A DNA stretch of 64,000 nt from a virus: positions 1 to 64,000 of IMG/VR virus record IMGVR_UViG_3300032308_002010. One strand, written 5' to 3'. Each line of letters begins with the position of its first letter. Within the stretch, counting starts at the first letter, position 1. The notes under the pieces are model-generated. The model was not told the origin of the DNA. It was given only the letters and a program-made list of their open reading frames with translations, and did not search any database. Positions 1 through 6,725 of this stretch are shown here, piece after piece. The position numbers and the translations under genes were made by a program.

Positions 1-174
1 ATCAGAAACAGGCATACCGTTTTCCCAGTTGTATGGGCCAAATTTTTCGGCGCCTTCGTGGTAGGTCTGCGCGAGGGCCCGCAGACCGATTGGCGAGATT
101 AGGTCGTAGCGCACGGCGTCGCAATCGGCGCTGCGTACGGCGCCGGTGTCATACTCGTGGCGTTCGTTGCTCAT
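1..174 (-). CDS. dATP/dGTP diphosphohydrolase-like protein (DUF5664 family), partial, runs off the window start
   Basis: Not in the ORF track. The ATG at 174 overlaps the TGA of the upstream gene (ATGA). Translation: MSNERHEYDTGAVRSADCDAVRYDLISPIGLRALAQTYHEGAEKFGPYNWENGMPVSD. The TGAxR..YDLI.P..L..A....GA.K.G..NW..G pattern is typical of this family. Confidence 0.8.
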   Translation of the reverse strand, partial: MSNERHEYDTGAVRSADCDAVRYDLISPIGLRALAQTYHEGAEKFGPYNWENGMPVSD

Positions 175-485
175 GCTGAAAAGCCTTCTTGGCGAAAAGC
201 AAAGTAAAACCGCGGGTCGTCATTGAATGCTACGGTACCGCGTGCGCCGTCGGACTTTCGAATTACGTGAACGTACGGCGGCTCAAAGTGCGACACCTCA
301 AACGTGTCTAACAGTTGCTCGCTGTCCCAGACCTGTTCGTTGTACTGGTCTTGCAGCACAGCGCGAATTTCGTCTGGCCCGCGGCGGGCAAGTTGTTCCT
401 TGATAACATTACGCAACATCACATGTCCGAGATCGTCGAGCTGTATTTGAGTTGCGAGTTCTTTAGCTTTGGGTGGTGTCGGCAT
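171..485 (-). CDS. hypothetical protein
   Basis: ORF track gives 171..581; start moved to ATG 485 (MPTPPKAKE) to reduce overlap. Stop is coupled to the next gene. Confidence 0.55.
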   Translation of the reverse strand: MPTPPKAKELATQIQLDDLGHVMLRNVIKEQLARRGPDEIRAVLQDQYNEQVWDSEQLLDTFEVSHFEPPYVHVIRKSDGARGTVAFNDDPRFYFAFRQEGFSA

Positions 486-849
486 TGGGTTGTGCAAGCT
501 TGTCCAGTTCTTCTTTCTGTTGTTTAATTTGTTCTGCGACATGCGCAGCGTACTGGTCAAGCATCCGAAGCTGGCCGACAAGATCTTTGTGTACGTCGAC
601 GCTAAATAGTGAGAGTCTGCGCAACAGTAAGAGCAGACTCGCCGTGAACGGCGGCTCTTTACTGCGCAGACTTAAAAATCCGGGCGGCGCATTCTCCGGC
701 TGCGACGACCACAGCGGCACAATTGCGAGGCCGTGTAGTTCTGGTACAGCGGCCATTATTTCGTTGCAAAATTCTTCTCCGCGCCGCGTAAACTCTACGT
801 CAAACGGGAGGCGGGTAGCTTGCTGCTCAGGTTGCTGCGGCGTATCCAT
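463..849 (-). CDS. hypothetical protein with coiled-coil C-terminus
   Basis: ATG 849 is preceded by AAGGA; ORF lies in a co-directional chain. Confidence 0.6.
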   Translation of the reverse strand: MDTPQQPEQQATRLPFDVEFTRRGEEFCNEIMAAVPELHGLAIVPLWSSQPENAPPGFLSLRSKEPPFTASLLLLLRRLSLFSVDVHKDLVGQLRMLDQYAAHVAEQIKQQKEELDKLAQPNADTTQS

Positions 850-862
850 TAAACATCCTTTG

Positions 863-1210
863 TTATTTCGCGTAGCGCGATTCTTTTGGGAGCACACCGT
901 CGATTACGTTACCGAGGCGTGTGGCGGCAAGGCTGTAGATCACTACCCGAATGGCAGCCTCGACCATACCGCCAATTCCTGTTCCTGCCAAGAGCAGTAA
1001 AAACAGATAAAATGGCGCGTGATACGACTTGCAAAACGGGCAATTGATCAGCTCTAAGAGCTTTCCTTTTGCCGTGTCGTATGGTGTCACATCTTGAAGT
1101 GCTTGCGCATAAGCGCGTGCCGTCTCAAACAACGAGCCTTTGTGCCACACTTCAATAATTGCGCCAGCCGCAAATGTGACAGCCAAAAAATCTAAAGCGG
1201 TTATAGTCAT
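863..1210 (-). CDS. DUF1360-like membrane protein (CPFC motif)
   Basis: Hydrophobic segments flank LLELINCPFCKSYH, resembling DUF1360 (CPxC). ATG 1210 overlaps the upstream stop. Confidence 0.5.
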   Translation of the reverse strand: MTITALDFLAVTFAAGAIIEVWHKGSLFETARAYAQALQDVTPYDTAKGKLLELINCPFCKSYHAPFYLFLLLLAGTGIGGMVEAAIRVVIYSLAATRLGNVIDGVLPKESRYAK

Positions 1211-1389
1211 CGCCGTTTTCGTTTGGGTTGATTTGCAGTGTAGCCGTTCATAAAACAAGCGCCACTATAAATCGCGCCGGCTGCCATAAGCAAGCCCGCA
1301 AAGCCAACCTGCGACATTGCGCAGATACCGGCAAAAAGCATGAGAGCGGCATAACCTGAGAAGGTTGCACTAGGATCTGATTGCGACAT
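1207..1389 (-). CDS. small membrane protein
   Basis: Two hydrophobic stretches and a basic C-terminus (KRKRR). Confidence 0.45.
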   Translation of the reverse strand: MSQSDPSATFSGYAALMLFAGICAMSQVGFAGLLMAAGAIYSGACFMNGYTANQPKRKRR

Positions 1390-1614
1390 TTACGGAGCCT
1401 GACTGTCGCCGTGCGGCCACACCTGTGTTCGAGTCGTGTCCGGCGCGGCTGGGTTAAATTGATAATAGGGTAGCGGCAACGGCGCCTCAAGTTTAAGATG
1501 GTTCACGGCATTATCCGGCAGGTAAACCTGTGGTCCGGGTCCGCGTCGGGTGCCTTCCGTGTAAATCTGTTTACGTTCTTGATACAGCTTTGCAGAGCGT
1601 CCGACGTTAGCCAT
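1390..1614 (-). CDS. hypothetical protein (uncertain)
   Basis: ORF track; its stop abuts the next start, but it overlaps 1503..1718. Confidence 0.3.
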   Translation of the reverse strand: MANVGRSAKLYQERKQIYTEGTRRGPGPQVYLPDNAVNHLKLEAPLPLPYYQFNPAAPDTTRTQVWPHGDSQAP

Positions 1615-1718
1615 ATAACCTCCAATGAGTGCGCGTACGGGTCACCGTTTAGTATACCCGGACGCGCACCGATCACTTGCGAGTTGTTTCTTTGGCAGCC
1701 GCAACTGCAACCTGACAC
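1503..1718 (-). CDS. hypothetical small Cys-containing protein (uncertain)
   Basis: GTG start, N-terminal SGCSCGC; no recognisable family. Confidence 0.35.
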   Translation of the reverse strand: MSGCSCGCQRNNSQVIGARPGILNGDPYAHSLEVIWLTSDALQSCIKNVNRFTRKAPDADPDHRFTCRIMP

Positions 1719-1835
1719 ATGTAACCGAGTACATTTGCCAGTCCAGCAAGGCCATAAATGAAAACATGCCCCGTGTACTTGAGGCTGTCTTCAACCCATT
1801 GAAATTCTGACTCGCTACCGTTGTTATTGTGGTTC

Positions 1836-3752
1836 ATGAATAAACCTGATCAAACAGTTACTGAAGCAATTGACATGCCTGCCGTAGGCGTGCAATCACT
1901 TCTACAAGAATTAATCTCAATTGACGTGACGGATGTGCATTCTGTTCACGCGCGCGCGGCCGTTTTGCAGCAGCTTGCCGGTAGACATGCGTTTCCGTCT
2001 CTTGAACCGATTCTACCTTTGGTTCTGAATCTTAATGGACGCCCGTACAGCATTCAGAACCATATGCCGTTTTCCCCACTTTTCAGGCTATTAACACCAA
2101 AAAATCAGGTGTGGTGTACTGGGCGTCAGGTATCAAAATCGACCAGCCTAGCAGCGCACGGAGTTGTGGTTGCCAACTCTATCCCGTTCTTTAAGACGTT
2201 ATTCATCACACCGTTGTACGAACAGATACGCCGGTTCTCAAATAACTATGTGCGTCCGTTTATCGATCAGTCTCCTGTGAAGTCGCAATGGAGCGGCACG
2301 ACGACCGAGAATTCAGTTCTGCAAAGATCTTTTAAGAACAACTCAATGATGTTGTTCAGCTTTGCTCTTTTAGATTCGGATCGTATACGTGGTGTTTCTG
2401 CAGACCGAGTGTGTATCGACGAAGTTCAGGACATGGATCCTGATCACGTGCCGATCATTCAAGAAACTATGTCTTACTCCAAATGGGGGACTAGTTATTA
2501 CACAGGAACTCCGAAGACGCTAGATAACTTAATTTACGGATTGTATAAACGATCATCACAGGCCGAATGGTTTATACCTTGTCACGCTTGCAAGCATTGG
2601 AGCATCCCTTCGCTTGAATATGACTTGGACAAAATGATCGGCCCATACAGCGTGCATATCAGCGAGAAGTATCCGGGCACCGTCTGCGCTAAATGTCAGA
2701 AACCGATCAGCCCAAGGCATGGTCGGTGGGTGCATAGATATCCCGAACGCCGCTGGCAATTTGCCGGGTATCACGTACCACAGATGATACTACCGCTTCA
2801 TTTCTCCGACCCTGAAAAGTGGTCAACTCTATTGTTGAAGAGAGAAGGGTTTGGGAACATGACCCAAGCCCAGTTCTACAACGAAGTAATGGGAGAAAGC
2901 GTTGATACCGGTCAGAAGCTCATCAGCGAAACTGATTTGAAAGCTGCGTGCGTGCTAGACTGGGAAAACAAAAAAGAACCAGACCCTAAATGCTTCGCAA
3001 ATCTTTCGCAATACAAACATCGCATCCTTGCGATCGACTGGGGCGGCGGCGGAGAAGCCGGTATTAGTTTCACCGTGCTTGCTGTGCTGGGGTTCCGCCC
3101 GGATGGGACCATCGACACGCTTTGGGCCAAGCGCCTGCTTATTGGCGGCGATCATTTGGCCGAAGCTGTTGAATGTATGCGCTGGTCTAATTTGTTTAAT
3201 TGCGATTTTGTCGCTCACGATTACACGGGCGCCGGCACGGTCCGCGAAACGGTCATGGTGCAGGCTGGGTTTAATTTAGAGCGAGTCTTAGCGATGCGGC
3301 TTGTTCGTTCCGCGTCACAAGATTTGATGGTGTTCAAACCACCGACAGAGATCAATCATCGAGCGCACTATAGCCTCGACAAAACGCGGTCGTTGCTGTA
3401 CACGTGTCAGGCGATCAAGCTGAAGCAAGTCCGTTTCTTCCAGTATGACTGGTCGTCGCAGGACTCGCCGGGCTTGGTGTCGGACTTTCTTGCGTTGGTA
3501 GAAAGTAAAGCCGAGTCTAGACTAGGCGGCGACATTTATACCATTACAAGAAACACGTTGTTGACTGACGACTTCGCGCAGGCTGTTAACCTAGGCTGCG
3601 CCGCTCTTTGGCACGTGAATAACGCGTGGCCAAATTTCGCGGAGATTGCTGGCGTAGCGAGGTTAAGTGAGCGCGTTGTCAAGACGGAAACGCCGATGGA
3701 TGACGACTGGGCGGATGACGCCATCGGTCAAAACTATTTCAGCGGATATTAA
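1836..3752 (+). CDS. terL: terminase large subunit (GpA-like ATPase + nuclease, with Zn ribbon)
   Basis: Walker A-like GRQVSKST, Walker B VCIDEVQD, coupling motif TGTP, CHAC...CAKC Zn ribbon, nuclease LAIDWGGG and C-terminal DDF. First ATG is at 1836. Confidence 0.92.
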   Translation: MNKPDQTVTEAIDMPAVGVQSLLQELISIDVTDVHSVHARAAVLQQLAGRHAFPSLEPILPLVLNLNGRPYSIQNHMPFSPLFRLLTPKNQVWCTGRQVSKSTSLAAHGVVVANSIPFFKTLFITPLYEQIRRFSNNYVRPFIDQSPVKSQWSGTTTENSVLQRSFKNNSMMLFSFALLDSDRIRGVSADRVCIDEVQDMDPDHVPIIQETMSYSKWGTSYYTGTPKTLDNLIYGLYKRSSQAEWFIPCHACKHWSIPSLEYDLDKMIGPYSVHISEKYPGTVCAKCQKPISPRHGRWVHRYPERRWQFAGYHVPQMILPLHFSDPEKWSTLLLKREGFGNMTQAQFYNEVMGESVDTGQKLISETDLKAACVLDWENKKEPDPKCFANLSQYKHRILAIDWGGGGEAGISFTVLAVLGFRPDGTIDTLWAKRLLIGGDHLAEAVECMRWSNLFNCDFVAHDYTGAGTVRETVMVQAGFNLERVLAMRLVRSASQDLMVFKPPTEINHRAHYSLDKTRSLLYTCQAIKLKQVRFFQYDWSSQDSPGLVSDFLALVESKAESRLGGDIYTITRNTLLTDDFAQAVNLGCAALWHVNNAWPNFAEIAGVARLSERVVKTETPMDDDWADDAIGQNYFSGY

Positions 3753-4075
3753 TAAATCCGCCAGCAGTAGTCTTCAATAAACTTTTTCATCGCGCCGTAG
3801 TCGCGCATTTGGGCGTTTTCAATAACGTCAACAACTGCGCCCGTCGCCGTAGCAAGCGCGGTGGCGGCCTCTCTACAATCCATTGACGAATCGTACAGTT
3901 GCCAACCGGCGCCAGAACGCGGCACAGCTGGTTCTTTTCCCTCAAACGCGTCAACAATTATCTGCTGAAATACGCCGTCTGGTTCAGTATCGCCGGCGCC
4001 AAACGCACGATACTTTGCTTGCGTTGCTTCAAATTTACTGATCGCTTCTTTGAGCGTCGTCACTGCAAGTGTCAT
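3749..4075 (-). CDS. hypothetical protein
   Basis: ATG 4075; shares the palindromic TTAA stop with convergent terL. Confidence 0.55.
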   Translation of the reverse strand: MTLAVTTLKEAISKFEATQAKYRAFGAGDTEPDGVFQQIIVDAFEGKEPAVPRSGAGWQLYDSSMDCREAATALATATGAVVDVIENAQMRDYGAMKKFIEDYCWRIY

Positions 4076-4526
4076 TGGATTTGTTAATTGCGTCGACAAG
4101 CTCCATGCCTTTTTCAGTTATTGAGAAGTTGAAATCATTTTTCTCAAAATCAAACTCGGCATCGAGCAGACCTCTCTGCACACCGACGCGCATAATGTTT
4201 GATATCACGCGAGCACCAAGCGCGCGAAACAGTCCCAGCATTTTGGTTTTGTACTCTTCAAACGAGTTTGCGCCGATGCCATATACACCATCTGATTTAA
4301 CGTCAGACATCTCGCGCACAATCTGTTCAACCTCCCAGATTTCCAAAAACTGGCGCTGGTAGTCGAGCGAGCATTCGGACTCGGTGGGTTCTTCGTTTTG
4401 CAGCTTGGCAATGAAGCCGGCAAACATGATGAGTATATGATCGCGCAGATCATCAATTGAGCCGCAAATACGGCGCGCGCCCTGCTGTTCTTCGTCTTCG
4501 TTTTCGTCTTCGTAGTCTTCGAACAT
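4035..4526 (-). CDS. hypothetical protein, acidic N-terminus
   Basis: GAGG SD upstream of ATG; 163-aa ORF. Confidence 0.6.
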   Translation of the reverse strand: MFEDYEDENEDEEQQGARRICGSIDDLRDHILIMFAGFIAKLQNEEPTESECSLDYQRQFLEIWEVEQIVREMSDVKSDGVYGIGANSFEEYKTKMLGLFRALGARVISNIMRVGVQRGLLDAEFDFEKNDFNFSITEKGMELVDAINKSNDTCSDDAQRSDQ

Positions 4527-4533
4527 GTTTACC

Positions 4534-4848
4534 TCAAGCGGTCCCGGCGGCGATACGGGCGGTAGCCAGTGCAGCGTCGTAGTTGCCGCGGGCGATCATA
4601 CGCGCGTGGGCAGCGTCGCGGCACTGTCCGAGATAGTCAGAGTAGGCGTCGTCTGTGTTGACCAGCGCTTCGGCCGAGCTGAAGCTGTGCGGTTTGCCGG
4701 TCAGCGGGTTGTCGCCGCTACGCATGATCCGCTCGACTGCGGCCATCTTGACCGCGATCCGATTGTCTTCCAGTTCCGACTCGCTGCGTACGGCGTCAGC
4801 GAGAGCCGCCGCAGCGGCGGTAATGTTATCGGCAAAATTCTTTGACAT
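4534..4848 (-). CDS. hypothetical protein
   Basis: AAGGAG SD before ATG 4848 (MSKNFADN). Confidence 0.65.
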   Translation of the reverse strand: MSKNFADNITAAAAALADAVRSESELEDNRIAVKMAAVERIMRSGDNPLTGKPHSFSSAEALVNTDDAYSDYLGQCRDAAHARMIARGNYDAALATARIAAGTA

Positions 4849-4850
4849 GG

Positions 4851-5123
4851 TCACTCCTTATTGTCTACAGCGCGACGAACACAAAGTATGTCGTCAAGCG
4901 CGCGGTCTAGCATGTGGACGGCTTCTTCGCGGTTGCCCGCTTCAGCCAGTTCAAAAAGCAGAAATGCAAACAGCGTGTCGCCGCATTCGCGAATTTGTTG
5001 TTTGCGTTGGCGGTTAATGTAATCGTGAAACGTTTCGTGAGTTTCGGGCGGATCGAGCGCCAACAAATCAGCCGCCGGATATGAATCGTACACTTCTTTC
5101 GGAGTTAATGGATTATTCGTCAT
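4851..5123 (-). CDS. hypothetical protein
   Basis: GGAG SD before ATG 5123 (MTNNPLTP). Confidence 0.6.
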   Translation of the reverse strand: MTNNPLTPKEVYDSYPAADLLALDPPETHETFHDYINRQRKQQIRECGDTLFAFLLFELAEAGNREEAVHMLDRALDDILCVRRAVDNKE

Positions 5124-5349
5124 CTCTCCAGTTTTGTTTTTCTTGTCGCGTCGGTTGCCGCGTGGGATACTTTTCCGGGTGGCAGACCTGACAGCGTGCG
5201 CGGCCGCAGGCGAATGCGCGGCGCGTTTTGCGGAAGCTACCAATAACCGGCAGGTACTCGTTGAAATTTTCGCCGAACCAGCCGCCGATATTTTTAAATT
5301 CGCGCATACGCGTTTCAATGATGTGCTGTTCGCTGTGGTATCGTTTCAT
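5113..5349 (-). CDS. hypothetical protein (CQVC motif)
   Basis: Fills the gap in a co-directional chain. Confidence 0.5.
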   Translation of the reverse strand: MKRYHSEQHIIETRMREFKNIGGWFGENFNEYLPVIGSFRKTRRAFACGRARCQVCHPEKYPTRQPTRQEKQNWRDDE

Positions 5350-5352
5350 TGG

Positions 5353-5805
5353 TTACTCGCCGTTTGATTCACAGTAAATGACAATTTTGCAGCCACACTG
5401 CTCAGCTAGTTTAATAACGTCGGGTGAGTACACAGACACAATCTGATCGCGTTTAACTGCGCCAGTTGTGATCAGCGCCTGCAACCCAAGTTTGGCTATA
5501 CCGCGCCGTCTGTATTCCGGGTCTACGAAACACTCAATTGTTTGCGCTGTGATTAGTTGGCCTTTGAATTTTTCAGGCCACAGGCGCGAACCGACCCAGC
5601 CGGCAAGCGTCTCATCTACCCACACAAGCGCTATAGCCATTTCTGGGTGCGGCTGCGTGTGGTTGCCGTGCAGGTATCGCTTGCTGAGTTCTTTTTGTAT
5701 TGAACTAGCGCTGCCGGAATCAGGCCACGACAATCTTGTCATGATTGCCGTCACATCGACCAACCCAAGTCGGTTGATGTCTTTGATTTTGATAGTAATA
5801 TCCAT
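5353..5805 (-). CDS. GNAT-family N-acetyltransferase
   Basis: Acetyl-CoA motif A FVDPEYRRRGIAKLGL; GGAGG SD before ATG 5805. Confidence 0.8.
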   Translation of the reverse strand: MDITIKIKDINRLGLVDVTAIMTRLSWPDSGSASSIQKELSKRYLHGNHTQPHPEMAIALVWVDETLAGWVGSRLWPEKFKGQLITAQTIECFVDPEYRRRGIAKLGLQALITTGAVKRDQIVSVYSPDVIKLAEQCGCKIVIYCESNGE

Positions 5806-5830
5806 GCTGTGTCCTCCGCGACACAACATG
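5803..5830 (-). promoter_or_regulatory. 11-bp hairpin sequestering the SD and AUG of the GNAT gene
   Basis: CAUGUUGUGUC-GCGGAG-GACACAGCAUG, fully paired with one G-U pair. Confidence 0.6.
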
Positions 5831-5840
5831 AAGTATACAA

Positions 5841-5913
5841 AGCCGGCGGTCGGATTCGAACCGACGACCTACTGATTACAAATCAGTGGCTCTACCAACT
5901 GAGCTACGCCGGC
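5841..5913 (-). tRNA. trnT: tRNA-Thr(UGU)
   Basis: Complete cloverleaf: acceptor GCCGGCG/CGCCGGC, D arm GCTC/GAGC, anticodon arm ACTGA-TTTGTAA-TCAGT, T arm GTCGG-TTCGAAT-CCGAC. CCA is not encoded. Confidence 0.97.
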
Positions 5914-5918
5914 AAGCT

Positions 5919-6386
5919 TTAAACAGGTTCAGTAATTAAACCAGTTGGCCAGTAGTATGGCAGGTGGATCGGCTCCTGCCAACCAAACCGAGAATAGTGG
6001 CGAAAATCTTTGCGGAGAAGATTGCTGCGGTGGCTGGCGTGAAATTTTTCGTCACCAATCCACGGCGGGTACACGTTTCGGTCTATTGTGTTGCGCAGCC
6101 TTGTGTAGCTGCCCATGAATTGCCGGCAGAGCGTGTCATTAAATCCGCGACGTATCCACTCACGGCACACGACTACGGCGTATACGGCCAGCGCTGTTTC
6201 GTAGCCAGTCCACATACGGACAGCGGGATGATTACGCCAGCTACTTGTTCCGGGCTCGTGTTCGCCTACTGGAACGCCAAGGCAGAGCAGGATCTGTTTA
6301 CATTCAACCCTTTGTTTTCCCAACCTTTTATTGTCAAGGCAGGCGGCCGAGTGTTTGAATCTCGGCAGGGGCAAGAATGTTTGCAT
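5919..6386 (-). CDS. pyrimidine-dimer DNA glycosylase / endonuclease V-like protein (MSMEG_6728-like)
   Basis: MQTFLP...LDNKRLGKQRVE..QIL...HPAV.MW.G....L..Y...PPW.G...H.SH.SNLLRKD signature. Confidence 0.85.
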   Translation of the reverse strand: MQTFLPLPRFKHSAACLDNKRLGKQRVECKQILLCLGVPVGEHEPGTSSWRNHPAVRMWTGYETALAVYAVVVCREWIRRGFNDTLCRQFMGSYTRLRNTIDRNVYPPWIGDEKFHASHRSNLLRKDFRHYSRFGWQEPIHLPYYWPTGLITEPV

Positions 6387-6390
6387 TTAA

Positions 6391-6723
6391 TCAGTCGTCA
6401 AACTCGTCGTCAAAATCTTCTTTGTATGCCGGGTCATCGTCTTCTTCGTCTTCGTAGTCTTCGTCACAATTTTCATCTTCGTCGCTCCACTCTTCTTCTT
6501 CGTCTTCATCTTCTTCGTCATCGTCTTCGTCGTCGTCTTCGTCGTCAGTAAAAATGTAGTTCGGTTTTGAAAAATCGCTATCTTTGTCTTCGTCGTCGTC
6601 GTTTTCGTCGTCGTTTACAAACTGCCACTCTTCTTCAATAAAGTCGTCGTCTAATCCGTCGTCGTGCCGCGCGGCCTTCTCATCCCTGTGTCGACGAAAC
6701 GAAGCGTGCTCAAAGTAGCGCAT
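6391..6723 (-). CDS. highly acidic (Asp/Glu-rich) protein
   Basis: About 55% D+E by hand count; short basic N-terminus; abuts neighbours on both sides. Confidence 0.7.
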   Translation of the reverse strand: MRYFEHASFRRHRDEKAARHDDGLDDDFIEEEWQFVNDDENDDDEDKDSDFSKPNYIFTDDEDDDEDDDEEDEDEEEEWSDEDENCDEDYEDEEDDDPAYKEDFDDEFDD

Positions 6724-6725
6724 GG

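Noticed and set aside
1625-1810. 61-aa + ORF upstream of terL as small terminase
   Set aside because: Too short, no HTH or coiled coil, weak start, and it overlaps minus-strand ORFs.
5841-5913. tRNA as prophage attachment site
   Set aside because: No integrase, no duplicated tRNA 3' end and no host genes in the window.
5964-6551. 195-aa + ORF with Arg/Leu-rich tail
   Set aside because: Antisense to the glycosylase and the acidic-protein genes, which have recognisable motifs and starts.
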